Shown here in pieces: positions 28,582 through 38,779 of a stretch of 64,000 nt of DNA (position 1 is its first letter; every line of letters begins with the position of its first letter). The notes under the pieces are model-generated. The model searched no databases, had not been told where the DNA came from, and saw nothing but the letters and a program-made list of their open reading frames with translations. Made by a program: the position numbers and the translations under genes. Source of the stretch: an uncultured Gammaproteobacteria bacterium (GTDB lineage Bacteria; Patescibacteriota; Microgenomatia; Levybacterales; UBA12049); assembly GCA_964515545.1 (NCBI GenBank), contig CAZERI010000003.1, forward strand, positions 21,224-85,223, given 5' to 3'.

Positions 28582-29311
28582 TGCTAAAAAGACAGCAATA
28601 AAAAAAGAAGTACCAGTTAAGGTAGCAGCCTCCACTGCTTCCAAAACAGCAAAGGCTCCTACTAAAGGTGTAAAGGTTGATGTCTTTGATTTAACAGGAA
28701 AAGTAAAAGCTTCAATAGAGTTGCCAACTGAACTTTTCGGTTCAAAGGTAAATAAGCAGATCATGCTTCAGGCAGTCCGCGTTTATCTTGCAAATCAGCG
28801 TCAAGGTACCCAATCAACAAAAACTCGCGGAGAAGTTCAAGGATCTACCCGTAAAATCTATCGCCAAAAAGGCACTGGTCGTGCTCGTCATGGTGGTATT
28901 ACAGCTCCTATCTTTGTCGGTGGAGGAGTAGCGTTAGGACCAAAACCTCGTGATTATAGTATGTCTTTCCCTAAAAAAATGAGAAAGGTAGCACTTGCTT
29001 CAGCTCTTACAACGCAACTGAATGCAGGTAAAGTTAAAGTTGTTGATGGTCTTGAAAGTATTGAACCTAAAACAAAGACATTCGTAGCTGCTCTTAAAAA
29101 ATTAGAGCTTGATGAAAAGAAGAAAAAAGTTCTTATCGTTCTCCCAGGTAAGACAGAAAATGTTTCGAGAGCTATTAGAAATGTTGAAGGGATAAGTTTT
29201 GTTAATGTTAACCAGCTTAATACCTATGAAGTATTAAATACAAAAACACTTTTAGTTATGAAATCGGCAATTGAGACTTTAGAAAAAACTTTCGGAAAGG
29301 ATGCCAAATGA
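28575..29311 (+). CDS. rplD: 50S ribosomal protein L4 (start adjusted to the ATG at 28575 with upstream GGAGGAG; Lys/Ala-rich N-terminal extension)
   Basis: RQKGTGRARHG motif. ATGGCTAG start/stop overlap with rplC. Confidence 0.85.
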
Positions 29312-29595
29312 AATTAACAGTTCTCGCACCAATTATTACTGAGCGTTCAATGGCTTTAGTTAAGCAGAATAAATTCTCTTTTAAAGTTGCAAGAAATGCT
29401 GACAAGGAGACAATTAAGAAAGCAATTAAGGCACAATTTAATGTAGATCCAATTGCCATCGAGACAGTTGTCCAAAAAGGTAAATCACAGCGAGTTGGTG
29501 TACGAAGGACTGAAAGACGTCAAGAAGCTTACAAAAAAGCAGTTGTTACACTAAAAAGTGGACAAAAGATTGACATTTTTGATCTTGGTGTATAA
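29308..29595 (+). CDS. rplW: 50S ribosomal protein L23
   Basis: 95 aa. Conserved order after L4. L23-like sequence. Confidence 0.85.
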   Translation: MKLTVLAPIITERSMALVKQNKFSFKVARNADKETIKKAIKAQFNVDPIAIETVVQKGKSQRVGVRRTERRQEAYKKAVVTLKSGQKIDIFDLGV

Positions 29596-29634
29596 GATTG
29601 TCGCTTCAGCATATTTGGCTGAGTTATTTAAATT

Positions 29635-30381
29635 ATGAAGAAATTAAAACAAATTAAGAAAAAGAATTCAGGACGTGATGCATCGGGTCAGGTCGTGGTC
29701 CGTCATCAAGGAGGTCAGCATAAACGATTTTTACGTCTGATTGACTTTAAAAGAGACAAAATGGGTCTAACAGGTAAAGTTGTTGCGGTTGAATATGATC
29801 CAAACCGTACCTGTGATATAGCGCTTATTACCTATCAGGATGGAGAAAAACGCTATATTTTAGCTCCAGTTGGGCTTAAAGTAGGTGCTACTGTTAGTTC
29901 TGGAAAAGATGTAGATGTTAAGGTCGGGAATGCATTACCTATGGGCAATATGCCTCTGGGAACTATTGTCCATAATGTAGAGTTAACACCTGGTCGCGGG
30001 GGACAAATGGCACGTGGTGCGGGCGCAGCTGCTATAATTACAGCTCGAGATGCAGGCTACATTCATTTGAAACTGCCGTCAGGTGAAGTACGAAGAGTTT
30101 CAGAGTTGGGTTTCGCAACTGTTGGTCAGGTAGGCAATATTGACTGGAAAAATGAAGTAATAGGTAAAGCTGGCCGTTCACGACATATGGGTATTAGACC
30201 ATCTGTCCGTGGAGTTGCAATGAATCCGCGTTCTCACCCTCATGGAGGAGGAGAAGGTCGTTCTGGTATTGGTATGCCAAGTCCAAAAACATTTGCAGGA
30301 CGTAAGGCTGTGGGTAAGACTCGAAGACCTAAGAAGTATTCGGATAAACATATTTTGCAAAGGAGGAAAAATAGGTCGTAG
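29635..30381 (+). CDS. rplB: 50S ribosomal protein L2 (N-terminally short form)
   Basis: [37 protein letters not shown] motifs. Confidence 0.9.
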   Translation: MKKLKQIKKKNSGRDASGQVVVRHQGGQHKRFLRLIDFKRDKMGLTGKVVAVEYDPNRTCDIALITYQDGEKRYILAPVGLKVGATVSSGKDVDVKVGNALPMGNMPLGTIVHNVELTPGRGGQMARGAGAAAIITARDAGYIHLKLPSGEVRRVSELGFATVGQVGNIDWKNEVIGKAGRSRHMGIRPSVRGVAMNPRSHPHGGGEGRSGIGMPSPKTFAGRKAVGKTRRPKKYSDKHILQRRKNRS

Positions 30382-30439
30382 TTGTTAGGTCTTAGGAAGA
30401 TAATACCTAAGATCCAAGAACTACAACCCAAGAACTAAC

Positions 30440-30724
30440 ATGGCTAGATCACTTAAAAAAGGACCATATATAGACGAAAAATTGATGAAAAAAGTTACCA
30501 CGCAGAAACAGGGCGGAGCTCGTGGTGCAATTAAGACCTGGGCTCGAGCATGTCAAATCCCACCTGAATTTGTAGGGCATACCTTTGCAGTTCATAATGG
30601 CCGTATTTTCGTTAATGTCCTTGTGAGTGAGCCAATGGTAGGTCATAGACTTGGTGAGTTTGCACCAACTCGTACCTTTAGAACACACGGAAGAGTCGTA
30701 GCTAGAGAGATCAGTAAGACTTAA
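30440..30724 (+). CDS. rpsS: 30S ribosomal protein S19
   Basis: [10 protein letters not shown] signature. Confidence 0.9.
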   Translation: MARSLKKGPYIDEKLMKKVTTQKQGGARGAIKTWARACQIPPEFVGHTFAVHNGRIFVNVLVSEPMVGHRLGEFAPTRTFRTHGRVVAREISKT

Positions 30725-31074
30725 TGGAGAAAATTATGGAAGTAACAGCTAAAGCAAATCAAATTAGAATTAGTCCTCGGAAAGTAAGAATCGTTGCCGA
30801 TAGTGTACGCGATTTACCTTTAGAGGATGCCTTAGTCGCACTTCGTGTTATCCAAAAACGCGGAGCACGTGTTATAGAAAAAACACTTCAAAGTGCTCTT
30901 GCTAATGCTGAGAATAATGCCAAGTTAGAAAAAAATAAGTTAAAGATTGCATCAATTGTTGTGAGTGAGGGACCTGCATTGAAGAGGTATCATGCATCAA
31001 CTCGCGGAAGAATTCACCCTTATAAAAGGCGAAGTACCAATGTTGCAGTGATATTAAAGGAGGATACTCGCTAA
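30724..31074 (+). CDS. rplV: 50S ribosomal protein L22
   Basis: TAATG overlap with rpsS. L22 fold sequence. Confidence 0.85.
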   Translation: MEKIMEVTAKANQIRISPRKVRIVADSVRDLPLEDALVALRVIQKRGARVIEKTLQSALANAENNAKLEKNKLKIASIVVSEGPALKRYHASTRGRIHPYKRRSTNVAVILKEDTR

Positions 31075-31724
31075 TGGGACAGAAAGTTAATCCACATTTA
31101 ATCCGTCTTCAGACTGTCCATAGTTGGTCTAGTCGATGGTTTAGTGATAAAAACTACAAAGACACAGTTCTGGAAGATTATGCACTGCGTAAGCTTTTGA
31201 TGGAAAAATTAAAAGCAGCAGGTGTTAGTCGGGTAGAAATCGAGCGTTCCATTAATAATGTACGAATCATGGTCTATGTTTCTCGTCCAGGTATTGTGAT
31301 CGGAAGAGGCGGTTCAGGAATTGAGGAACTTAAGAAGCAGATTACAAGATTCTTTATCGGACAAGGAAAAACTGGTAAAATGATGCCTCGTTTTGACTTA
31401 CGAGTTGAACAGGTTAAAGAACCTAATTTAGATGCATATTTAGTTGCTAAGAGTATTTCTGAGGGACTTATTAGACGTCTGGCTTTCAAAAGAGTCTTAG
31501 CACAAACTACAGATAAGGTCATGTCCTCAGGTGCATTAGGTGTCCGAGTTGTACTGTCAGGACGCATTAATGGAGCAGAAATTGGCCGTCGAGAAAAAAT
31601 CCAAGTTGGTACTGTTCCGCTTTCAACTATCAGAGCAAATATTGATTATGCAGAATATCCTGCCTTAACTAAAAAAGGATATATCGGAGTTAAAGTCTGG
31701 ATTAATAGAAAAGAGGAGAAATAA
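31074..31724 (+). CDS. rpsC: 30S ribosomal protein S3
   Basis: [13 protein letters not shown]-terminus. KH-like core. Confidence 0.9.
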   Translation: MGQKVNPHLIRLQTVHSWSSRWFSDKNYKDTVLEDYALRKLLMEKLKAAGVSRVEIERSINNVRIMVYVSRPGIVIGRGGSGIEELKKQITRFFIGQGKTGKMMPRFDLRVEQVKEPNLDAYLVAKSISEGLIRRLAFKRVLAQTTDKVMSSGALGVRVVLSGRINGAEIGRREKIQVGTVPLSTIRANIDYAEYPALTKKGYIGVKVWINRKEEK

Positions 31725-31726
31725 GC

Positions 31727-32140
31727 ATGTTAGTACCAAGAAGAGTTAAATATCGAAAACAAATGCGTGGCACTATGAAAGGAGATGCTTATCGCGGAAC
31801 TACAGTTTCTTTTGGAGATTTCGGTATTATCACGGAAGAGTCCGGCTGGATTTCTAGCAGACAGATTGAGTCCGCACGAAGAGCAATTACTCATTATACG
31901 CAACGTGGCGGTAGGATCTGGATCAGAATTTTTCCAGATAAGCCGATCTCTAAAAAACCTCCAGAAGTACGTATGGGTGGAGGAAAAGGAGATATTGAGG
32001 AACATGTGGCTCCTGTCCTTCCAGGCAGAGTCCTTTTTGAAATGGGTGGAGTTACTCAAGAAGTAGCACAAGAAGCTCTCAGGAGAGCTTCTCACAAACT
32101 ACCGATAAAAACTCGATTTGTTACAAGAAAAGGAATGTAA
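31727..32140 (+). CDS. rplP: 50S ribosomal protein L16
   Basis: [16 protein letters not shown]-terminus. Confidence 0.9.
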   Translation: MLVPRRVKYRKQMRGTMKGDAYRGTTVSFGDFGIITEESGWISSRQIESARRAITHYTQRGGRIWIRIFPDKPISKKPPEVRMGGGKGDIEEHVAPVLPGRVLFEMGGVTQEVAQEALRRASHKLPIKTRFVTRKGM

Positions 32141-32141
32141 T

Positions 32142-32357
32142 ATGAAAACCAAAATAAGACAAGAAATTAAAAATAGTGAAGTAGTAGAACTAAGAAAAAA
32201 ACTTAAAGATTCTCGTCAGGCTCTTACACAAGCGATGCTTGATCATAAGCAATTTAAGTTGAAGAATTCGAGTTCACTTACAACAATGCGAAAAGAAATT
32301 GCGATTATTTTAACAGTATTAAAAGAAAAGGAGGCACACAATGGCAAAAACGCTTAA
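32142..32357 (+). CDS. rpmC: 50S ribosomal protein L29 (start adjusted to the ATG at 32142)
   Basis: Short helical protein with an LRxKLxD...Lxxxxxxxxxxxxxxxxxxx pattern. Conserved position. Confidence 0.75.
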   Translation: MKTKIRQEIKNSEVVELRKKLKDSRQALTQAMLDHKQFKLKNSSSLTTMRKEIAIILTVLKEKEAHNGKNA

Positions 32358-32598
32358 TGGCAAAGTTACATCTACGGCTATGAAAAATACTATTGTAGTT
32401 GAAGTTTCGTTTAAAGTACCTCACAAGTTATATAAAAAATTACTAGCAAGAAGTAAGAAGTATAAAGTTGAGCTTGATGGTAAAGAAGCGGTCATAGGAG
32501 ATCTCGTGGAGATTGTCGAGACAAAGCCTTACTCAAAGGATAAATACTTCAAGCTATCAAAGGTTATAACAAGTGTTAAGGAGGTAAAGCACGGATGA
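32341..32598 (+). CDS. rpsQ: 30S ribosomal protein S17
   Basis: Strong AAGGAGG RBS. OB-fold S17-like sequence. Confidence 0.85.
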   Translation: MAKTLNGKVTSTAMKNTIVVEVSFKVPHKLYKKLLARSKKYKVELDGKEAVIGDLVEIVETKPYSKDKYFKLSKVITSVKEVKHG

Positions 32599-32969
32599 TT
32601 CAACACAGATCAATGCTTACTGTTGCTGATAATTCAGGAGCTAAGCAATTACAAGTAATTCATATTTTTGGTGGTTCAAAGCATCCAAAAGGCACTATTG
32701 GTGATGTTGTTAATGCTGTTGTCAAACAAGCTGCCCCTCATGGGAATGTTAAAGAAGGAGAAATTGTTAAGGCAGTTTTGGTCCGAACCCGCAAAGAATA
32801 TCGACGTAAAGATGGGTCATATGTCCGTTTTTCAGACAATGCTGGAGTGCTTATCGATAATCCAAAGGACAAGAACCCACGAGGTACTCGTATCTTTGGG
32901 CCAATTGCTCGTGAAGTTCGTGATTTAGGTTTTAATAAGATTGCCAGTATGGCTATAGAGGTAGTGTAA
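32595..32969 (+). CDS. rplN: 50S ribosomal protein L14
   Basis: [17 protein letters not shown] signature. Confidence 0.9.
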   Translation: MIQHRSMLTVADNSGAKQLQVIHIFGGSKHPKGTIGDVVNAVVKQAAPHGNVKEGEIVKAVLVRTRKEYRRKDGSYVRFSDNAGVLIDNPKDKNPRGTRIFGPIAREVRDLGFNKIASMAIEVV

Positions 32970-32970
32970 T

Positions 32971-33276
32971 ATGAAACTAATTAAAGGTGATTTAGTCAAA
33001 ATAGTAACAGGGAAAGATAAAGGTAAGACCGGAAAAATTGAGAAAGTCCTTGCTAAGGAGGAAAAAGTCTTAGTTGAAGGAGTTAATCAATTTAAACGTC
33101 ATGTAAAAGCGCGTCAGCAGGGTCAACAGTCAGAGATTGTGACCATCACAAAACCATTGAGTATCGCCAATGTCGCTTTGATCTGTCCTAAGTGTAAAGA
33201 GCAGACACGTATCGGTTATGCTATCTCTCAAGAGACCAAACAGAGAATCTGCAAAAAATGTAAAGCAGAAATATAA
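32971..33276 (+). CDS. rplX: 50S ribosomal protein L24 with C-terminal C4 zinc ribbon
   Basis: KOW motif GDLVKIVTGKDKGKTGKI, plus a CPKC-x16-CKKC tail. Confidence 0.85.
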   Translation: MKLIKGDLVKIVTGKDKGKTGKIEKVLAKEEKVLVEGVNQFKRHVKARQQGQQSEIVTITKPLSIANVALICPKCKEQTRIGYAISQETKQRICKKCKAEI

Positions 33277-33281
33277 AGATT

Positions 33282-33836
33282 ATGGATAACTTACAAACAC
33301 GATATAACAAAATAATAAAAGCAGAACTCCAGCAGAAGTTAGGAGTAAAAAATTCTATGGCAACGCCAAAGCTAGTCAAAATTGTTGTTAATATGGGGGT
33401 TAAAGATGCGGTTGCTGACAAGAAGAATATTGAAAGAGCAAGTAAAGCCTTAGAGCAGATTACTGGACAGAAAGCTAAAGTAGCTAAAGCTAAAAAATCT
33501 ATAGCTTCTTTTAAGCTCCGTCAAGGCGATCCAATCGGTGTTGTGGTGACTCTAAGAGGTAAAAGAATGTATGATTTCTATGAAAAGCTTATATCTATCG
33601 TCTTTCCAAGACTAAAAGATTTTCATGGTATCAGCAGAACTAGCTTTGATGGACGGGGAAACTACGCTATCGGATTTAGTGAATATGCAGTCTTCCCTGA
33701 GATAGATCCGGCAACAGTTGAAAGAGTCCAAGGACTTGAAGTGAATGTAGTAACTTCAGCTGTTTCTGATCATGACGCACTTACCCTTTTAGAAACTTTG
33801 GGGACACCATTCCAAAAAGAAGGAGGAAGTCGCTAA
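33282..33836 (+). CDS. rplE: 50S ribosomal protein L5
   Basis: L5 signature region. Conserved order. Confidence 0.9.
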   Translation: MDNLQTRYNKIIKAELQQKLGVKNSMATPKLVKIVVNMGVKDAVADKKNIERASKALEQITGQKAKVAKAKKSIASFKLRQGDPIGVVVTLRGKRMYDFYEKLISIVFPRLKDFHGISRTSFDGRGNYAIGFSEYAVFPEIDPATVERVQGLEVNVVTSAVSDHDALTLLETLGTPFQKEGGSR

Positions 33837-33898
33837 AAAGTTCTATCTGCGGAGTGGCAGGTTGTTAATCGAGGCTAAAAAGCTTATAATACAAGACT

Positions 33899-34084
33899 AT
33901 GGCAAAAACATCTGATATCGTAAAGTTTAAGAGAAAACAGAAATTCACTGTTCGTATGGTGAATAGATGTGCCCTCTGTGGTCGTCGTCGTGGATATATG
34001 CGCCGTTTTGGACTTTGCAGACTTTGTTTTAGAGAAAGAGCTCAGAAAGGAGAATTACCAGGCGTAGTTAAAGCGAGTTGGTAA
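33899..34084 (+). CDS. rpsZ: 30S ribosomal protein S14 type Z (zinc-binding)
   Basis: 61 aa with CALCGRRRG...CRLCFRE. Confidence 0.9.
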   Translation: MAKTSDIVKFKRKQKFTVRMVNRCALCGRRRGYMRRFGLCRLCFRERAQKGELPGVVKASW

Positions 34085-34093
34085 TGTAAAAAT

Positions 34094-34483
34094 ATGTATA
34101 GTGTGGCCGATTTTGTTATTAGAGTAAAAAATGCATCAGCAGCTCATCGGAGAGAAGTTGTTATGCCGTACTCAAAAATCACTAAGTCTATTGCTAAGCT
34201 GCTTGTTAAGGAAGGCTATTTGGCAGACGTCCGCGATAGTGAAACAGACGGTAAAAAGACACTTACTGTTGGTATCAGATATGTTAGGCGTAAACCAGTA
34301 GTTAGCGATGTTGAAATCATTTCAAAACCATCACTTAGAACTCATATGAATCATAATGAATTACAAAGTGAACAGCGTAAAAAAGCTTTAATGCTAGTTG
34401 TCTCAACAAGTCAGGGATTAATGACTGGAAAAGATGCTCTTAAGAAAGGTGTTGGAGGAGAACTCCTTTTCAAGATTGGATAA
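34094..34483 (+). CDS. rpsH: 30S ribosomal protein S8
   Basis: DFVIRVKNA and conserved C-terminus. Confidence 0.9.
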   Translation: MYSVADFVIRVKNASAAHRREVVMPYSKITKSIAKLLVKEGYLADVRDSETDGKKTLTVGIRYVRRKPVVSDVEIISKPSLRTHMNHNELQSEQRKKALMLVVSTSQGLMTGKDALKKGVGGELLFKIG

Positions 34484-34484
34484 T

Positions 34485-35033
34485 ATGTCAAAAATAGGAA
34501 AATTACCGATTGAAATTAAAAGTGGCACGACAGTTCAGATTAGTGGCAATACTGTTTCTGTATCAGGTGTTAAGGGACAGATGTCTTATACACTTCCAAA
34601 AGGAATCACAGCTAAGGAAGAAGATGGACAGCTTCTTGTTGCGCGAGTGAATGAGTCTGATGAATTAAATGCTACATGGGGATTAGCCCGGGCACAGCTT
34701 TCAAATTTAGTTAAAGGAGTTGATACAGGTTTTGAGAAAAAATTAGAATTACAAGGAGTAGGTTATCGTGCCCAGATGCAGGGAAATGATATAGTTCTTA
34801 GTCTTGGCTTTTCACATCCTGTTAAATTCAGTCCAAAAGAAGGAATTAAAATTGCGGTTAACGAGAACATTATTACTATTTCGGGGATGGATAAGATGCT
34901 TGTTGGTGAGACAGCAGCAGAGATCCGATCAGTCAGAAAACCAGAACCTTATAAAGGAAAAGGTATTCGGTATGTAGGTGAAGTGGTACGACGTAAAGCT
35001 GGAAAGGCAGCTAAGGCAGTTGGAGGTAAATAA
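34485..35033 (+). CDS. rplF: 50S ribosomal protein L6 (start adjusted to MSKIGKLPIEI)
   Basis: L6 two-domain sequence. Confidence 0.85.
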   Translation: MSKIGKLPIEIKSGTTVQISGNTVSVSGVKGQMSYTLPKGITAKEEDGQLLVARVNESDELNATWGLARAQLSNLVKGVDTGFEKKLELQGVGYRAQMQGNDIVLSLGFSHPVKFSPKEGIKIAVNENIITISGMDKMLVGETAAEIRSVRKPEPYKGKGIRYVGEVVRRKAGKAAKAVGGK

Positions 35034-35059
35034 ATCCTCTGCCAAACTCAGGTAAATCT

Positions 35060-35401
35060 ATGAATACTAAATTACACAGAAAAATAAAAAGACAAGCACG
35101 TATCAGGGCAAAGGTTAGAAGTATTTCTGACCTTCCTCGCCTGTCAGTTTTTCGTTCAAATAATTATGTATATGCTCAAATCATCGATGATAGTGCCCAC
35201 AAGACCCTTATTGGTGTAACTGAGACAAAGAAGCAGACAGGTACTAAATCAGAGAGAGCACGAGTTCTTGGTCAAGAGTTAGCTAAACAGGCTTTAGCCA
35301 AAAAGATCAAGAAAGTTGTTTTTGATAAAGGAAGCTATGCTTATCACGGTAGAGTTAAAGCATTAGCAGAAGGGGCAAGAGAAGGAGGTCTAGAATTCTA
35401 A
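35060..35401 (+). CDS. rplR: 50S ribosomal protein L18
   Basis: RLSVFRSNNYVYAQIIDD signature. Confidence 0.9.
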   Translation: MNTKLHRKIKRQARIRAKVRSISDLPRLSVFRSNNYVYAQIIDDSAHKTLIGVTETKKQTGTKSERARVLGQELAKQALAKKIKKVVFDKGSYAYHGRVKALAEGAREGGLEF

Positions 35402-35402
35402 T

Positions 35403-35894
35403 ATGGCAGTACAAGATATCCAACAGCGAAGTGAATTTATTGAACAAGTTGTCCAGATCAGTCGTGTCTCAAAAAAGACTAAAGGAGGCAATAAAGTTGG
35501 TTTCTCAGCTCTTACTGTGGTCGGGGATGGTAAAGGGAAAGTTGGAGTTGGTCTTGGTAAAGCACCTGATGTCTCAAGTGCTGTCCGTAAAGGAATTCTG
35601 CTTGCTAAAAAGCATATGATTACAGTTCCGCTTGTTCAGGGAACTATTCCGTCTCGGGTGGACGTGAAAGTTGGCGCTGCACGTGTTATGCTAAAACCAG
35701 CTCCAAGAGGTTCAGGTATTATTGCGGGTGGAGCAGTACGAAGTGTGGTAGCAGCAGCGGGTATTACTAATATTTCCTCTAAAGTATTGGGCAGTAATAA
35801 TAAAACTGGTAATGTAACTGCTACATTACAGGCACTCCGTGAACTGTCTTTAATTCAAGAAAAAAAAGAGGCGATAGCATCAAAGACTAAATAA
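35403..35894 (+). CDS. rpsE: 30S ribosomal protein S5
   Basis: dsRBD-like N-terminus and GGNKVGFSALTVVGDGKG. Confidence 0.9.
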   Translation: MAVQDIQQRSEFIEQVVQISRVSKKTKGGNKVGFSALTVVGDGKGKVGVGLGKAPDVSSAVRKGILLAKKHMITVPLVQGTIPSRVDVKVGAARVMLKPAPRGSGIIAGGAVRSVVAAAGITNISSKVLGSNNKTGNVTATLQALRELSLIQEKKEAIASKTK

Positions 35895-35895
35895 T

Positions 35896-36363
35896 ATGGA
35901 ACTACATCAATTATCAAAAATCACAACTAAAGGTAAGAGACGTCTTGGACAGGGCCATGGATCAGGCCGTGTAAAGACTTCAGGACGTGGAACCAAAGGT
36001 CAAAAAGCGCGTTATGATATTCCTCTTGATTTTGAAGGAGGAGCTCTGCCTCTTATTAAGCGTCTTCCCTTTCTGCGTGGAAAAGATCGTAATCATTCTA
36101 TTCAGGCAGAGGCAATTGCTATCAACGTAAGTAGTCTCAATAGTCTTCCTGCAAAAACAGAAATTACTCTAGATAATCTTATTAAGCTAAATATTATCGA
36201 TAGATCAGAAGCCTTTAAAAGAGGAGTAAAGATCTTAGGGAATGGAGACCTCAAGGTGGCTCTTTCCGTTAAAGTTCCTGTCTCAAAAAGTGCTGAACAA
36301 AAGATTATTAAAGCCGGAGGAAGTATTGAACCTCAATCAACGACTGTTACTGTAACTGCATGA
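35896..36363 (+). CDS. rplO: 50S ribosomal protein L15 (directly after S5; no L30 gene)
   Basis: GKRRLGQGHGSGRVKTSGRGTKGQ signature. Confidence 0.9.
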   Translation: MELHQLSKITTKGKRRLGQGHGSGRVKTSGRGTKGQKARYDIPLDFEGGALPLIKRLPFLRGKDRNHSIQAEAIAINVSSLNSLPAKTEITLDNLIKLNIIDRSEAFKRGVKILGNGDLKVALSVKVPVSKSAEQKIIKAGGSIEPQSTTVTVTA

Positions 36364-37649
36364 ACAAAGTAATTGCTACGCTTTCTTCTCTCTTTCGCAC
36401 TCCAGAAGTGCGCAGTAAAATCGTATATACAGCAGCTGTTTTTTTTGTTTTTCGTATTTTTGCCCATATTCCCGTTGCTGGAGTTGATGTAGTCCATCTT
36501 CGTCAGCTTTTTACACAAAATCAATTTTTAGGTCTTTTAGATGTCTTTTCAGGAGGAACACTCCGAAATTTCTCTATATTGGCTCTTGGATTGAATCCAT
36601 ATATTAATGCTTCAATTATTATCCAAGTTCTTTCAATGGTCTTTCCAAAGCTTGAAGAGCTTCAAAAAGAAGGAGAACAAGGACGCCAAAAGATCAATCA
36701 ATATACGAGGTTTATTACCGTACCATTAGCTCTTTTACAGGCAATTGGTATGTACGCTTTGCTCCGTAGTCAGGGAATTATTACTACTCTTTCTCCCCTC
36801 CTCCTTATTGCGTTCTTATTATCAATGACTGCAGGGACAATGTTCGCTGTTTGGCTTGGTGAACTTATTACTGAGCGGGGAGTGGGAAATGGCGTTTCGG
36901 TTCTTATTTTCGCTGGTATTATTGGGAATCTCCCTTCGGTTATTGGCCAAACTGCAGCTACCTCAAGTGCTGAGAGTCTTTTCAGTATGCTGATTTTCCT
37001 TGCTTTGGGATTGGTAGTTATCGCTGCAATAGTTCTAGTCAACGAAGCAACCAGACAAATCCCAGTGCATTATGCCAAGCGTATGCGTGGTAATAAAATG
37101 TATGGAGGACAATCGACTCATCTTCCTCTTCGTCTTAACCAAGCAGGGGTTATTCCTATCATTTTTGCTGTTTCTTTAGTATTAGTTCCATCTCTTCTTG
37201 CTAATTTTATGCTGGCTTCAAAAAATCCTCAATTTATCGGTGTTGGTCAATTCTTAACATATTGGTTTAATCCAAATGGGTGGTTTTATAATGTCTTTTA
37301 TTTTGTCTTAGTTGTTGCATTTACTTTTTTCTATACTGCTGTCGTTTTTAATCCGAAAAAGATTTCTGAAGAAATGCAGAAGCAAGGAGGCTTTATTCCT
37401 GGAGTCAGACCAGGAACTCAGACAGCAACATATCTCAATTCTATTCTCACCAGACTTACGTTAGCTGGGGCGGTTTTCTTAGCAATTATTGCTGTGCTGC
37501 CGTCTATTGTTAAAGGGATGACAGGAATCCAAAATCTGGCATTGGGTGGAACTGGCATTTTAATTGTGGTTAGTGTTATTCTTGAAACTTACAAGGCAAT
37601 TGAGGCGCAATTAGTGATGCGCAATTATGAAGGTTTTTTGAAAAACTAA
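36360..37649 (+). CDS. secY: preprotein translocase subunit SecY
   Basis: 10-TM SecY pattern. Conserved position after rplO. Confidence 0.9.
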   Translation: MNKVIATLSSLFRTPEVRSKIVYTAAVFFVFRIFAHIPVAGVDVVHLRQLFTQNQFLGLLDVFSGGTLRNFSILALGLNPYINASIIIQVLSMVFPKLEELQKEGEQGRQKINQYTRFITVPLALLQAIGMYALLRSQGIITTLSPLLLIAFLLSMTAGTMFAVWLGELITERGVGNGVSVLIFAGIIGNLPSVIGQTAATSSAESLFSMLIFLALGLVVIAAIVLVNEATRQIPVHYAKRMRGNKMYGGQSTHLPLRLNQAGVIPIIFAVSLVLVPSLLANFMLASKNPQFIGVGQFLTYWFNPNGWFYNVFYFVLVVAFTFFYTAVVFNPKKISEEMQKQGGFIPGVRPGTQTATYLNSILTRLTLAGAVFLAIIAVLPSIVKGMTGIQNLALGGTGILIVVSVILETYKAIEAQLVMRNYEGFLKN

Positions 37650-37651
37650 CT

Positions 37652-38200
37652 ATGAAAATAATTATTATTGGTATACAGGGTGCAGGTAAATCTACTCAGG
37701 GAAAGTTACTTTCAGATAAGTTACATATTCCTTATCTATCAACAGGGCATATTTTCCGTGAGTTAGCTAAAGAGCATACGCCTCTGGGGCGTTATATTAA
37801 GGAAACTATGAATGCAGGCTATCTTATCCCAGACGCTAAAGTTATGGAGATAGTCAGCGAGTACCTCCATCGTCCGGAGTATGAAAAGGGATATATCCTT
37901 GATGGGTTTCCTCGCACAACCCACCAAGCTGAAACTTTTGAAAATGGTATTAATCATGTCTTCTACTTAAAGGTTTCCGATAAAGAAGCTTTATGGCGTC
38001 TCTCTTATCGGGCAATGAGTGAGGCAGAAGGACGTGAAGATGATACGCTAAAGGCTATAAGAAAAAGAATTGAGCTTTTCCATAAGTTAACCGAGCCAGT
38101 CATTGGCTACTATAGAAGTCATCATAAATTAGTAGAAGTAAATGGTGAAGAGGAAATTGAAAAAATTCATAAGGAGATTATGAGTCACATCAAAGAGTAG
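37652..38200 (+). CDS. adk: adenylate kinase
   Basis: GIQGAGKSTQG P-loop. Short-type Adk without a Zn lid. Confidence 0.85.
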   Translation: MKIIIIGIQGAGKSTQGKLLSDKLHIPYLSTGHIFRELAKEHTPLGRYIKETMNAGYLIPDAKVMEIVSEYLHRPEYEKGYILDGFPRTTHQAETFENGINHVFYLKVSDKEALWRLSYRAMSEAEGREDDTLKAIRKRIELFHKLTEPVIGYYRSHHKLVEVNGEEEIEKIHKEIMSHIKE

Positions 38201-38215
38201 CTTCTCTTCCACGCC

Positions 38216-38779
38216 ATGACGAGTCAGAAGAAAATAATTGGTATTTCAGGCGCATTTGGGAGCGGTAAGTCGACCGCTGCAGAGATTCTTCAGGATTTAG
38301 GGTATCATAAAGTTAGCTTAAGTTCTTTCTTAGAGGAGGAGCTTCTCCAGGTAGGCGAACCAGTGACAAGAAAAAAACTGCAGGACTTAGGTAACTCATG
38401 GAGAGAGAAATTTGGTAAAGCTATACTTATTGAAAAAGCGTTAGCACAGGCAGAAAAGAATGGATGGGAGAAAATAGTTATTGAGGGGTTTCGAAATAGT
38501 GAGGAAGTTCTCCATTTTCGTAAATATGATGCTTTGTTACTATCTTTAGTCGTAAACCGTGATACACGCTTTGCTAGGCTTAAAAATCTGAAAAGACGGG
38601 AACAATTGACAGAGGCATTATTTGAAGAGCTCGATAATAGAGATCTAGGAATCGGTGAAAAAGATTCTGGATTACAGGCAGCAATTTGTATCGCGATGGC
38701 GGATATTTTTATTGAAAATAATGGTTCGCTTCAGGATTTAGAAAAAAAAATTAAAGAAATAATTCAAAAATATGAATAA
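38216..38779 (+). CDS. P-loop nucleotide kinase, dephospho-CoA kinase (CoaE)-like
   Basis: IIGISGAFGSGKST Walker A. Size and layout resemble CoaE. Not certain. Confidence 0.4.
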   Translation: MTSQKKIIGISGAFGSGKSTAAEILQDLGYHKVSLSSFLEEELLQVGEPVTRKKLQDLGNSWREKFGKAILIEKALAQAEKNGWEKIVIEGFRNSEEVLHFRKYDALLLSLVVNRDTRFARLKNLKRREQLTEALFEELDNRDLGIGEKDSGLQAAICIAMADIFIENNGSLQDLEKKIKEIIQKYE

